A stretch of 64,000 nt of DNA, taken from the NCBI GenBank assembly GCA_947085655.1, contig CAMTXH010000009.1, positions 3,738 through 67,737 on the forward strand, given 5' to 3'. This document shows positions 1 through 9,615 of the stretch, in pieces. Numbering within the stretch: the first letter of the stretch is position 1; every line of letters starts with the position of its first letter. The notes beneath the pieces were generated by a model, which did no database searches, had not been told where the DNA came from, and saw nothing but the letters and a program-made list of their open reading frames with translations. Position numbers and translations under genes: made by a program. Source of the DNA: an uncultured Omnitrophica bacterium (GTDB lineage: Bacteria > Omnitrophota > Gorgyraeia > JACQQV01).

Positions 1-47
1 GGGATTGGGACCTTCCACGGACAGAGGAACTGGAGCGGGTCTTCTGG

Positions 48-1295
48 ATGATTCAAAGCGGCACCGAGATGGCGATTGCACGGTCCAAAGCATATCTCCC
101 CTATGCCGACATCTCCTGGATGGAACAGCACCATCCGAATGTAGAGCAGGTGAAAGAATGGGCAGACGCCCTGATTGAAGAAGCAGAGCGTTTGGGAATC
201 CCTCAGCCCCTTTTGGCGAACAACACCTCGCCTTCCTTTTATTGGCGGGCCAAGCATGATGGGAAGATGTTATCGAATGAGGATCTGAAGATTTTCCTGA
301 AACGGCAGGGTGAGGCCGGGATCCAGTTTAATTTTATCACCTACGGCGGTTCCCAACTAAACCATTATGGGGTCCAGAGGTTCATCTCTCGATTTAGGGA
401 CGATGGGATGCTCGCCTGGGCCGATTTTCAGGATGAGGCGATCCAAGGCGGAGATGCCTTTGTCCAGAAAAGCCAGAAATGGGCCGGCGTCGACTGGAAT
501 GAGGCGAGGGATACTGCAGGCCGCGGAGGTATTCCTGTCGCAAGCCCCACCGGCGAGCGTGATACCATGTTGCAGTTTGACCAGGCCCTTCGACGGGGGG
601 AGGAGAAAGCGAGAGATGGCGGCTCCCGCGACTGGACGTCGCTTCTCTTCAGCCAGACTGAAGAGGGAGGTGTGGTCGCGGATCGCATGACGCCTGAAGT
701 GATGGAGGCGCTTGAGACCATCGCTTTAGTGGATCCGGCCGGTTCACTTCTCTCAGACTCACCGATTTCAATCGATATCCTCGGGAAACGTCCGATGGGA
801 TACCTTGCGCTTGATGCCGCTCTCCTTGAAAACGAGACCGCGCGAAAGGCGTTTGAGATTGTCCTGGCGTTGCTTGAAGAAGTCAATCCTTCCTTCACCC
901 TCTGGCTCGTTCTGACAGAAAATAAGCCCTACACCGCGGAGGTGATAGAGATGGCGGGCCGCTACGATTTTGTCGAGGTGATGCCGCTCGAACGTTTTCA
1001 CCGGAGGGCGGCGGAGATTTCCACGGGACGGGATGCGCTTCCGATCCGCCGGATCGGCTATGAGCATAACGAAATTGAAATGGGACTTTCTGAAAGCGAC
1101 ATCCGGGTGAAGACCTCATCGGAGGGTGAAATTTCCGGCCTTAGTCTGGCGGCCCTTTTGCTCGGAAATGCCCCTTCCTTCCAGCCGCTCGGCGCCGAGG
1201 CAAAGGCGGCGCTTGCCGGGATTCAAAGCAGGCCTTTCGTTCAAATCAACAGGGAGTATCAAGAGGCGATCGATCTGATCCATCGACTCTTGTAA
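48..1295 (+). CDS. hypothetical protein; frame stays open to the window edge, so the true start may lie upstream
   Basis: 415-aa ORF with ATG at 48; same frame has no stop back to position 3; no domain I can assign by eye. Confidence 0.45.
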   Translation: MIQSGTEMAIARSKAYLPYADISWMEQHHPNVEQVKEWADALIEEAERLGIPQPLLANNTSPSFYWRAKHDGKMLSNEDLKIFLKRQGEAGIQFNFITYGGSQLNHYGVQRFISRFRDDGMLAWADFQDEAIQGGDAFVQKSQKWAGVDWNEARDTAGRGGIPVASPTGERDTMLQFDQALRRGEEKARDGGSRDWTSLLFSQTEEGGVVADRMTPEVMEALETIALVDPAGSLLSDSPISIDILGKRPMGYLALDAALLENETARKAFEIVLALLEEVNPSFTLWLVLTENKPYTAEVIEMAGRYDFVEVMPLERFHRRAAEISTGRDALPIRRIGYEHNEIEMGLSESDIRVKTSSEGEISGLSLAALLLGNAPSFQPLGAEAKAALAGIQSRPFVQINREYQEAIDLIHRLL

Positions 1296-1303
1296 TTCAA
1301 AGG

Positions 1304-4144
1304 ATGCGGATTTTCTCGGGAAAAGCCGGGCCGCCCCAACGGGCGCCTGGCTTTTTCTTTCTTGCTTGTTTTCTCCTCAATGCGCTACAGGTTGAGCCGG
1401 TCTGGGCACTTCGCCCCACTTCCTCCGCTTCCCAGGACGGTTCCCGAAGAGCGATCCAAACGGCCCTTCAAGAAAATTCCCTCTCCGCCATTGACTCGTT
1501 TCCTGCAGAGGAGCGCACTTTTTTAGAAACCCTTCAAAGACACCTCGCCACGCGTCCCATCGTTTCACCCATTCCCGGAGAAGAGGAGGCATCCATCAAA
1601 GCCGGATCAGCAATCCTTCTCCGTTTTTACAACGGAGGATGGCAGCTGTTTCTTGTCAAGCGGAAGGCCGAAGCGCGCCGTTATCCAGGGTTTTGGGTTT
1701 TTCCGACGGAGATAAGAGAGCAAAACGGCCCCGGCGCTCAAGAGAAACCTTTGGAAGCGATCCTTCGGGGACTCCAGGAGGAGCTTCATCTTGAATTGAC
1801 ACCGGCTCATGTCATAGGGCGGATCGGAAAATATTTAACCGCTGATAAAAAGGGGGTTGTTTCCCCCATCCTTTTTCTGGTTTCCGAGGAGGAATCTCGA
1901 GAAATAAAGGTGGATCCTTCGGAAAACGAAATGGGCCAATGGGCACCGGTCTCTTTATTTTTAAACGGAAAGGTTCGTCAGGAAAATTTCCTTCCCGAAG
2001 CGGAGTTTGGTTCATCCGCAAGATTCGGTCCGGTAAGTGCTGCGGTCGATTTTTCGAATGTCTTTCGAGAGGCGGGAAAGGAGGCGCTTCAGCCCCGCCT
2101 CGAATCGGTCGGCCGGGAACTTTTTGGACATCTGCGGAGGGATGCTTTTTTGCAAAAAATCAATCACCCGCAAGATGCCTGGCGTGATGCCTTCGTGCAG
2201 GTTGGCATGAAAGAGGGTTTAAGGGATGGCACGCTCGGTTTCCTGGCAGAATATCCGGCCCTTCGGACCCCGGAGCGGCTTGAGGAAGCGCTCGAACGAC
2301 ATTTTCCGAAAAATGAACTTCCCAAGGGATTCGCTTCTGCCTTATGGTTTTTGGGACATATCCCTTCCAGAGCAAGACTCGGCCTTACAGATATACCAGT
2401 CCAGTTTGTTGGACGCCGTTTCATTGCCGGTGAAACCTCTGAAAAAATCCTTCCCCGGCTGAAACGGCTTCGACGTCAGGGTGTCACTTTCACGCTCGAC
2501 CCTGTGGGAGAGGCGGTCAGGGATGAGGCGGATGCCAAAGAAAACTTTGCTGCGAACCTCCTCCTCTTTGATGCGCTGGATCAGGCGACAAAAAACTGGC
2601 GGTGGGATGATTTTAAGGATATTCCTTACATGTCCCATGTGTCCATCAAATTGAGTTCATTGATTCCCACGTTTGACCGGGAGCATAAGGAGGAGTTGAA
2701 ACGCCGCCTCCGACGGCTGATGCGATTTGCGAGGACAAAAGGCATTTTCATTCGTATTGATATGGAGGAATATCAGGTCAAGGATCTGACCCTTGACATT
2801 TTTACGGAACTTCTCGATGAAGAAGAATTTCTCCGCTACGAGGGACTCGGGATTGTGGTGCAGGCGTATCTCAAGGATTCTCCGAAGGATGCGACCTCGC
2901 TCATCGAATTTGCGAGGCGGCGGAAGGAAAGGGGAGGATGGCGCACCCCGATTCGTCTTGTGAAGGGGGCCTATCCGGATCAGGATAGACTTCACCGGTG
3001 GGATGAAAAGTGGGAAACCGATGAACATTACGAGACGCTTTCCCATCTTCTTCTCGAAAACGTCGATGCCATTCTTCCCGCCTTTGGGACCCATAATATC
3101 CGATCCATCTCGGCTGTTTTGGCCTACGCCCGTTTTCTGGGGGTGCCGAAGGAGGCCTTTGAGTTTCAGTTTCTTTACGGAATGGGGGAACCGATCCAGC
3201 ATGCTTTGGTGCGCGCCGGTTACCGCGTCCGTCTCTATACTCCTTTTGGGCACCTCGAAAGGGCGATCCCTTATCTGGTCCGGCGGTTGATCGAGAACAG
3301 TTCCCAAATTTCGTTTGTCCGCCAGACCCAAAGCGCCGAATACGGTTTGGATACCCTGCTCCTTCCACCGCGGGAATTTGCGGAGATTGTCCAAAGCAAC
3401 TCCCGAGACGGCGCGGAGCGGTTTGGAAGGACCGAGCAACATCTGGGCGTTGTGGTAACGCTCACAGACCCGGAGGTGGAATTCGTCCGTACGTTTATTC
3501 TGATCGTGATGGCGCTTTTGGAGCATCTGGAGGAAATGGACCTGACCCATCTTCTCGATAACCCCCAAGCCCTTCCGGCAGGCGTCCATTTCAAATCCTT
3601 GCGGGAAATTGAACTGGTGGGCCCTTCAGACGGATATCTGGAGAATGCCCTCACGGGACTGCTTAAGTCTGCGGAGAAAATCGGGATTCATGGGGCGCGC
3701 ATCCGGGAGACAGAAAAGCAAACAAGGTATCGGCTCCTTCCGAACCCGACCCTTCATCAGGTATTGGAGGGGGCAACGACAGGACGTCTTCCGGAGGGAA
3801 CGGTCGCGGTATCTTATGGGCGGTTACGACCGCCTGTCCGGAGTCAAATAGACAAGATTGCCGATGCTCTTTTTGAGAACTATGAACCATCCCTTGCGCG
3901 GCATCAAGGAGCGCTTTGGCACCCTCTGGTCACACGGGAAATCCTGGCGGAGGTTTCCCGCAGAAATATCGAGAAAACAAAAGGCGCCCGGCTTTTGGAG
4001 GCCTTTCTGGGCATCGACTATCCGGTTGCGGACGCGTATGTCCAAAGCGTTCCGGATGCGCATGCCAGAGACGGCGCCGCCAAGGCCCAGCCCTTTTTTA
4101 GACAAATCCCTTCCCATGCCCTAGAGCCGACGCTCTACCCTTAA
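1304..4144 (+). CDS. NUDIX hydrolase / proline dehydrogenase (PRODH) fusion protein with an uncharacterised ~250-aa C-terminal region
   Basis: Nudix box near aa 100-190 (GFWVFPTE...EKPLEAILRGLQEELHLEL fits GX5EX7REUXEEXGU); PutA-type PRODH motifs at aa ~380-700 (RLVKGAY, LYGMGE, YLVRRLIENSSQ); no P5C-dehydrogenase domain follows. Confidence 0.7.
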   Translation: MRIFSGKAGPPQRAPGFFFLACFLLNALQVEPVWALRPTSSASQDGSRRAIQTALQENSLSAIDSFPAEERTFLETLQRHLATRPIVSPIPGEEEASIKAGSAILLRFYNGGWQLFLVKRKAEARRYPGFWVFPTEIREQNGPGAQEKPLEAILRGLQEELHLELTPAHVIGRIGKYLTADKKGVVSPILFLVSEEESREIKVDPSENEMGQWAPVSLFLNGKVRQENFLPEAEFGSSARFGPVSAAVDFSNVFREAGKEALQPRLESVGRELFGHLRRDAFLQKINHPQDAWRDAFVQVGMKEGLRDGTLGFLAEYPALRTPERLEEALERHFPKNELPKGFASALWFLGHIPSRARLGLTDIPVQFVGRRFIAGETSEKILPRLKRLRRQGVTFTLDPVGEAVRDEADAKENFAANLLLFDALDQATKNWRWDDFKDIPYMSHVSIKLSSLIPTFDREHKEELKRRLRRLMRFARTKGIFIRIDMEEYQVKDLTLDIFTELLDEEEFLRYEGLGIVVQAYLKDSPKDATSLIEFARRRKERGGWRTPIRLVKGAYPDQDRLHRWDEKWETDEHYETLSHLLLENVDAILPAFGTHNIRSISAVLAYARFLGVPKEAFEFQFLYGMGEPIQHALVRAGYRVRLYTPFGHLERAIPYLVRRLIENSSQISFVRQTQSAEYGLDTLLLPPREFAEIVQSNSRDGAERFGRTEQHLGVVVTLTDPEVEFVRTFILIVMALLEHLEEMDLTHLLDNPQALPAGVHFKSLREIELVGPSDGYLENALTGLLKSAEKIGIHGARIRETEKQTRYRLLPNPTLHQVLEGATTGRLPEGTVAVSYGRLRPPVRSQIDKIADALFENYEPSLARHQGALWHPLVTREILAEVSRRNIEKTKGARLLEAFLGIDYPVADAYVQSVPDAHARDGAAKAQPFFRQIPSHALEPTLYP

Positions 4145-4200
4145 TGTTTTTCTTGTGGTACAATAAAACGAAACGGGTCTGTCCCCAAAGGAGGTGAAGG

Positions 4201-4455
4201 ATGGAGGAGAAAGAGATCGGAAAGATCAGCCACTACTACGGGAAGGCGGGCGTCGGAATCATTGAGTTGAGCGATACCCTGAAGGTCGGCGATACCATTC
4301 ACATCAAAGGGCACTCCGAGGACTTCAGCCAGGAAGTTCGTTCCATGCAGGTCGATTACAAAGATGTCCAGGAGGCCGCGGCGGGACAGTCGGTCGGCGT
4401 CAAGATAGATCAGAAAGTTCACGAAAACGACAAAGTCTTCAAGGTCGTCGGATAG
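4201..4455 (+). CDS. small (84 aa) EF-Tu domain-2-like beta-barrel protein, function unknown
   Basis: Strong SD (AAAGGAGGTGAAGG) 6 nt before ATG; G-rich beta-strand pattern (GKAGVGIIEL...GDTIHIKG...GQSVGVKI) resembles translation-factor domain II barrels. Confidence 0.55.
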   Translation: MEEKEIGKISHYYGKAGVGIIELSDTLKVGDTIHIKGHSEDFSQEVRSMQVDYKDVQEAAAGQSVGVKIDQKVHENDKVFKVVG

Positions 4456-4537
4456 CATCCCCGGGAGAGACGAGAAAGCCCGGATCGCCTTCCTGCTCCT
4501 CGTTTTCTCCCTTTACTTTTTCTTTCCGAGGGCCGTC

Positions 4538-6010
4538 ATGGATATCCGGTCCCACAATCCGGACGATGCGGCCACCTACCTTCTTGCGGCAAAATCCTTC
4601 CTTTCGGGAAAAGGGTTCGGCGTTGATTACGCGGACCAATTCGTCCCTAATATTGCACAGGGACCTCTGTTTCCGCTTCTTTTGACCCCTGTGGTTAGTC
4701 TCTTCGGATTCCATTTCCTTTCCCTCAAACTCTATGTCATTTTCCTTTCGCTCGGTGCCTGCCTTGCGGCTTATTTCTTTTTCCGAACGTATCTGAACTC
4801 AAGGGAGGAGGCGCTTTTGGCCCTTTTGCTCTTTGCGGGCTCGCCTATCATCTATAGTCTGAGTCATGAGATCCTCTCGGAGACGCTGTTTATCGCCTTT
4901 TTGCTTTTGACCGTCTGGACGTGGGATCAAGTCTTGTGGGGGAAGGGGTCGAAACACCTAACCTGGGTAGCCCCGTTTTTTGCGGCGGCTGCCTTTTATA
5001 CAAGGCCGATGGGTTTAGCAGTTTTGTTCGGAGGGTGGGCGCTTTTGCTCCATCCTTCCTACCGGAACAAAAAGGTCTTTAAGCGCCTTATTCTTCTGAC
5101 CCTCTTCATGATGATTGTCATCGGACCCTGGTTTTACCGTGCCTATACCGTGGAAAGCATCGGCTGGCTGGGACAGGACCCTTTTCACTTTTTTCGATAC
5201 CGGAAACCTGACCTGACGCTCGGCGCTCCCTTGGGCATTGCCGATCTGTTCATCCGGTTCAGACAGAACCTCACCTGGGGCATTATTCCGAATATCGGTT
5301 CGCTCCTTTTCGCCCCTTTTTACCTGATCGTCGAAAGCCGGGCTTGCCTGATCGGATCCCTTCCGCTTGCCGGATGGGTGTTATGGCGGTGGGCATCCGC
5401 TTTTTACCGAAATCCCACCTTCATGGAAGGGGTGCTGTTGATCTGGGCTGGGGTCCTTCTTTTGTTTACTCAAGGATACGCTCTCCGGTATCTGGTTCCT
5501 GTTTTTCCCTTCCTTATTCTCTATATGATTCGATTCGGCCGGGAATATTTCTCCAGGAATCTTCGGCGTATTCTCGCCACATTCCTTGTGATGGCTTCAA
5601 TCGGGACAATGTTTCTCCATGCACGCGATCTCCAGGCGAACCCTTATGGGACCCCTGTCCAAAAGGCCTATGTGGCGGCAGGAGAGTGGGCGAAGGCGCA
5701 CCTTGGAAAAGAGGCGACCTACTTTGCGGCAATGCCTCACCGGTGGCAGGTCCTTTCTCAGGGGCGGGCCTACGCTCTGACAGCGGAGAATCTGGCGTGG
5801 ATCCTTCAAGGAAAGGGCCCCGAATACCTCCTAACATTCAGGGACCCTGACTCCATTTTTAACTATGACCTAAAAAGTGTCGAGTTTTATCATCCTTCCG
5901 ATACAGCAAAGGTTTCCAAGTACGTTCAATCCCACCCAAGACGCTTCCGTGGGGTCTATCAAAACTCCCTCTTTGCCATCTATCAGCGGAAACCCCCAAA
6001 ATCCCGGTAA
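4538..6010 (+). CDS. GT-C family integral-membrane glycosyltransferase (ArnT/PMT-like, 4-amino-arabinose/mannosyl-transferase fold)
   Basis: 490 aa, ~10 predicted TM helices, N-terminal region (LLAAKSFLSGKGFG...DYADQFV) typical of ArnT/PMT GT-C enzymes; large C-terminal periplasmic domain. Confidence 0.55.
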   Translation: MDIRSHNPDDAATYLLAAKSFLSGKGFGVDYADQFVPNIAQGPLFPLLLTPVVSLFGFHFLSLKLYVIFLSLGACLAAYFFFRTYLNSREEALLALLLFAGSPIIYSLSHEILSETLFIAFLLLTVWTWDQVLWGKGSKHLTWVAPFFAAAAFYTRPMGLAVLFGGWALLLHPSYRNKKVFKRLILLTLFMMIVIGPWFYRAYTVESIGWLGQDPFHFFRYRKPDLTLGAPLGIADLFIRFRQNLTWGIIPNIGSLLFAPFYLIVESRACLIGSLPLAGWVLWRWASAFYRNPTFMEGVLLIWAGVLLLFTQGYALRYLVPVFPFLILYMIRFGREYFSRNLRRILATFLVMASIGTMFLHARDLQANPYGTPVQKAYVAAGEWAKAHLGKEATYFAAMPHRWQVLSQGRAYALTAENLAWILQGKGPEYLLTFRDPDSIFNYDLKSVEFYHPSDTAKVSKYVQSHPRRFRGVYQNSLFAIYQRKPPKSR

Positions 6011-6236
6011 CTGTCCAATAAATTCAACACCTTGTCCCCGGAATACAACGTATTAGACATCGATTCATAGTCAGGGATTGTCCTAGACAATCTTGTACAG
6101 TCCTTTGTTGTCCGAACTTTTACTTTTTAAAAAAGGTTTATTAACAACTTATTTGTTTTTAATAGGTTGTGAACAACTTTTTCAGTAAAGAAACACTTTG
6201 AAAAAAATAACGGCGTTTTCCGGTTGTTGTACAATT

Positions 6237-6252
6237 TGGCACAGAACTTGCG
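6237..6252 (+). promoter_or_regulatory. sigma-54 (RpoN) -24/-12 promoter TGGCAC-N5-TTGC
   Basis: TGGCACagaacTTGCg at 6237-6252 in a 340-bp AT-rich intergenic region; GG/GC spacing identical to consensus; ~100 nt upstream of the MerR-like gene and the EPS super-operon. Confidence 0.5.
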
Positions 6253-6349
6253 TAAAAACAGAAACTATCTCTCTTATTCAAGGAAGGGGTCTTTTTGAGG
6301 ATGGACCTTCGTTTACATCACTGATAAAGGCAAAAGAAGGAGGTAGCAG

Positions 6350-6532
6350 GTGAACGGAAGAATGACCATCACAGAAATGGCGAGAAAGGTCGGGATTACG
6401 CCGAAGACGCTCATGCGATGGGAAAAATTGGGAAAAATCAAAAGATCCAAGCGGGACTGGCGCGGCTGGCGCTTCTATGAAGACAACGACCTGCTTGAGA
6501 TCAAGCGCTTTTACGAGACGATTTACGAATAG
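6350..6532 (+). CDS. MerR-family helix-turn-helix DNA-binding protein (HTH-only, 60 aa)
   Basis: SD AAGGAGG 7 nt upstream; sequence ITEMARKVGITPKTLMRWEKLGKI...RDWRGWRFYEDNDLLEIKRF matches MerR N-terminal HTH pattern (R..GYR.Y...DL..L..I). Confidence 0.55.
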   Translation: MNGRMTITEMARKVGITPKTLMRWEKLGKIKRSKRDWRGWRFYEDNDLLEIKRFYETIYE

Positions 6533-6575
6533 CGCGGCCAAATCCATTTATTTCAGGAAAGGGAGGTTTTAAGAA

Positions 6576-7415
6576 ATGAAGAAGGCAAAAAAATGGATCG
6601 TTATCGGTCTGGCCGGGCTTGCCCTTGCCCTACCGATCGCTGCTCAGGCAGAAGAAGAAGACGCTGAGGCTGCAGACGCTGAAGCCGCACTGGTAGACAA
6701 GCCGACACTTGTCGATATCCCGACCCCTCCAGTTCACTACGTCGAGGGCATTCAGGAGCCGACGTCCTTTCCGACGGTCGGGACGATCGGTATTTCTTCT
6801 ATTGAACCGGTAAGATACACCCTCGGTCCCGAGGATGCCATCGCCATCGAGGTGCGGCGCCATCCTGAATTCAGCGGCGCCTACATGATTAACTCCGAGG
6901 GAAAAATCCAGTACAAGTACGTCGGGGACGTTTACGTAAACGGCCTGACCAAAACCGAGGTCAAAGATAAAATCACCCAAGTCCTCTCTGCGTACTTGGT
7001 TGACCCGTCGGTTGAAGTGACCATCGCCGAATACCGGAGCAAAGTCTTTTATGTCATCGGCGAGGTCGGCCGGCCCGGCAAATATTACATGATGGCGGAT
7101 GAGATTCCGATCCGGGAGGCGGCGATTCAGGCGGGACTTCCCCAACTGAGCGCCTCTGCCAAAAAGGCAAGACTCATTACGCCCGATAAGCACGGAAAAC
7201 CAAAGGCGAAAAAGATCGATTTGGAAAAAATACTTTATGAAGGCGATTTGAGAGAGAACGTGATGATGAGACCGGGCGATGTGCTGTATGTGCCGGCGAC
7301 GCTCATCACCAAGTTTATGCGCAAGATCGCCCCTGTGGCCCAGCCGGTTCAGTCGGCGGTGAGTGCCCAGGATTCGTTCTATCGCATCGGGAATCCCCCC
7401 AACTACAATCGATAA
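6576..7415 (+). CDS. polysaccharide export outer-membrane/periplasmic protein (Wza/EpsE-like; Poly_export + SLBB domains)
   Basis: Signal peptide (LAGLALALPIAAQA); Poly_export/SLBB signature (LGPEDAIAIEV...INSEGKIQYKYVGDVYVNGLTKTEV...YVIGEVGRPGKYYM). Confidence 0.85.
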   Translation: MKKAKKWIVIGLAGLALALPIAAQAEEEDAEAADAEAALVDKPTLVDIPTPPVHYVEGIQEPTSFPTVGTIGISSIEPVRYTLGPEDAIAIEVRRHPEFSGAYMINSEGKIQYKYVGDVYVNGLTKTEVKDKITQVLSAYLVDPSVEVTIAEYRSKVFYVIGEVGRPGKYYMMADEIPIREAAIQAGLPQLSASAKKARLITPDKHGKPKAKKIDLEKILYEGDLRENVMMRPGDVLYVPATLITKFMRKIAPVAQPVQSAVSAQDSFYRIGNPPNYNR

Positions 7416-7441
7416 TTGAGAAAGGATAAAAGGATAACACC

Positions 7442-8755
7442 ATGGAAAGACCGATGGACGCACCGACACGATCCCCCCTTCACTATGTGAAGATTTTCTT
7501 CAAACGGAAACAGATGATTCTGTTGCCGATGCTGGCCGGACTCCTCATCGGAACCATCTCGGGATTTATGCTTCCCAGAACCTATGAGTCTTCCACGGTG
7601 ATCCTGGTGGAAGAGGGGCGGGTCATCAACCCGTTGATTGAGGGACTGGCTGTTTCAACGAGTTTGGCCGACCGGCTTCGGACGCTTCGGGAACAGATCC
7701 TCAGCTGGGACCGGCTGGTCCAGTTGACGAAACGTCTCAACCTCGCCAAGGGAATCAAATCCCAGTATGACTACGAGAAGCTCATCGAAACCCTCCGCGC
7801 CAAAATCGTCGTGGGTCTCCGGGGCCCCAACCTGATCCTCATTTCCTATCAGCACAGCGACCCGGTTCAGACCCAACTCGTGGTCAAAACGGTGACGGAT
7901 ATCTTCGTTGAGGAAAATATCGCCATGCAGAATCGGGAGACCGAGTCGGCCATTGAATTCATCAATGATCAACTGACGGTTTACAAACGGAAGATCAAGG
8001 AATCGGAGCTGGCGGCGCGGGAGGATGAACTGCGTAATCTCCTGATTGACTCCACGGAACTCCATCCCCGTGTCAAGGAACTCCGGATGGAGATTGCAAA
8101 GATCCGGGAGGAACTGGAGTCGGGCGAGTTTGAGGTGAAGACCAAAGAGCAGGTTTCGAGCCCCCTCGTTTCGCAGATCGAGGAGGAGATCAGCCGGATT
8201 CAGTCGGCCCCGGGAGGGGTCGTCGCCACGCCGGGGAAACCGATCCAGGGGCTTCCGGATGAAAAAATCTACAACCTTCTCCTTTTGGACCAGATGAGCA
8301 GCGTCTTTGCGCGGGACATGGCGGTGAACGAGCAGATTTACAACATGCTTCTCCAGCGACTTGAGACGGCAAAGATCACCCGGCGGCTCGAGGCCTCGCA
8401 GGAGGGAACCCGTTACACCGTCTTGGACCCGGCGCGGCTTCCGTTAAGACCGATTAAGCCGAATAAACTCCTCACCGCTTTCCTCGGCCTTTTTGTGGGT
8501 GTCATTGTCGGCATCGGGTTTGTCTTCTCGGTTGAGTTCTTTGATCATTCTTTCCTGAGCGTTGAAGAGGCGAAGGCGTTTCTCCCCGGACCGGTCTTGG
8601 GGGCAATTTCGAAAATCACCACTGAAGATGAACTGGACGAGATGCGCCGCCGGAAGCGGTTCCTCGGCGTTCCGCATATTGTCTCAAACTGCTTTACCTT
8701 CTTCCTCGGCGCCTTCTCGGCATTAAGGGGAAAAGAAAGAAGCGTTAAGGCCTGA
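7442..8755 (+). CDS. polysaccharide chain-length determinant protein (Wzz/GumC family; PEP-CTERM-locus EpsF-like)
   Basis: N-terminal TM (LLPMLAGLLIGTISGFML) + long coiled-coil periplasmic region + C-terminal TM (LLTAFLGLFVGVIVGIGFVF), the Wzz topology. Confidence 0.8.
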   Translation: MERPMDAPTRSPLHYVKIFFKRKQMILLPMLAGLLIGTISGFMLPRTYESSTVILVEEGRVINPLIEGLAVSTSLADRLRTLREQILSWDRLVQLTKRLNLAKGIKSQYDYEKLIETLRAKIVVGLRGPNLILISYQHSDPVQTQLVVKTVTDIFVEENIAMQNRETESAIEFINDQLTVYKRKIKESELAAREDELRNLLIDSTELHPRVKELRMEIAKIREELESGEFEVKTKEQVSSPLVSQIEEEISRIQSAPGGVVATPGKPIQGLPDEKIYNLLLLDQMSSVFARDMAVNEQIYNMLLQRLETAKITRRLEASQEGTRYTVLDPARLPLRPIKPNKLLTAFLGLFVGVIVGIGFVFSVEFFDHSFLSVEEAKAFLPGPVLGAISKITTEDELDEMRRRKRFLGVPHIVSNCFTFFLGAFSALRGKERSVKA

Positions 8756-8757
8756 CC

Positions 8758-9615
8758 ATGTACGAGAAATTTTACGGCTTCAAGGAAAATCCCTTCCGGA
8801 TGACGCCGGATTCGAAGTTTTTCTATCCGAGCGCCAAGCATACGGAGGCCCTCTCGAGTCTTCTCTATACCATTCAGCAGCGGAAAGGGTTTGTGGTAAT
8901 CACGGGAGAGATTGGGGCGGGCAAGACCACCGTCTGTCAGGCCCTGATCCGAAAACTGGACTTAAACACCAGGATCGCGCGGATTTTCAACACCCATCTG
9001 ACCAGTCGGGAGCTTTTGATCGCCATCCTTGAGGACCTGGAAGTGACTTACAAGCCGGGAACCAAGGGACGGCTCCTTTCCCAACTGTATGATTACCTGA
9101 TTCACCAGGCCTTCAGCGGAACCAATGTCGTCATCCTCATCGACGAGGCGCAGAATCTGACCCCCACGGTCCTCGAAGAGGTCCGGATGCTCTCTAATTT
9201 GGAGACGGAAAAGGAGAAACTGATTCAGATTGTGCTGGTAGGACAGCCGCAGCTGAAAACGAAGCTCCAGCTCCCGAAACTGGAACAGCTCCGGCAGCGG
9301 GTTGTCCTCCATTATCATTTGGAACCCTTGAACGTGCAGGAAACGAAGGAGTATGTCCGGCACCGCCTCTCCATCGTGGGCGGGAAACCGGAACTTTTTG
9401 AAGAGGAGGCGCTTGACCGGGTCTATGCCTTTTCAAGAGGAGTCCCCCGGCTCGTCAATTTAATCTGTGACAGCGCACTTCTTTCTGGCTTTCTCTACAA
9501 CGCACTGACCGTGACCCGGAAGATCCTGGATGAAGTGATTCAGGAGGCACCGTTCCAGAGAGGAAAGGCGTCGGAGATGATTGAACAAGGAGGAACGATC
9601 CAGTGGGCAAAATGA
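8758..9615 (+). CDS. ExeA/GspA-like AAA ATPase of PEP-CTERM EPS loci (putative secretion ATPase)
   Basis: Walker A GEIGAGKTT, Walker B ILIDEAQN; N-terminal YGFKENPF motif typical of the ExeA-like family found next to Wzz/BY-kinase genes in exosortase loci. Confidence 0.8.
   Translation: MYEKFYGFKENPFRMTPDSKFFYPSAKHTEALSSLLYTIQQRKGFVVITGEIGAGKTTVCQALIRKLDLNTRIARIFNTHLTSRELLIAILEDLEVTYKPGTKGRLLSQLYDYLIHQAFSGTNVVILIDEAQNLTPTVLEEVRMLSNLETEKEKLIQIVLVGQPQLKTKLQLPKLEQLRQRVVLHYHLEPLNVQETKEYVRHRLSIVGGKPELFEEEALDRVYAFSRGVPRLVNLICDSALLSGFLYNALTVTRKILDEVIQEAPFQRGKASEMIEQGGTIQWAK

Noticed and set aside
2657-3589. 310-aa minus-strand ORF (and many similar ones, e.g. 12913-13581, 20145-21191, 22306-23325, 23802-24710, 27068-27814, 40631-41554, 49687-50574)
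   Set aside because: Entirely antisense to well-supported plus-strand genes with clear domain content; long spurious ORFs are expected on the opposite strand of ~60% GC coding DNA; no motifs or SD sequences.
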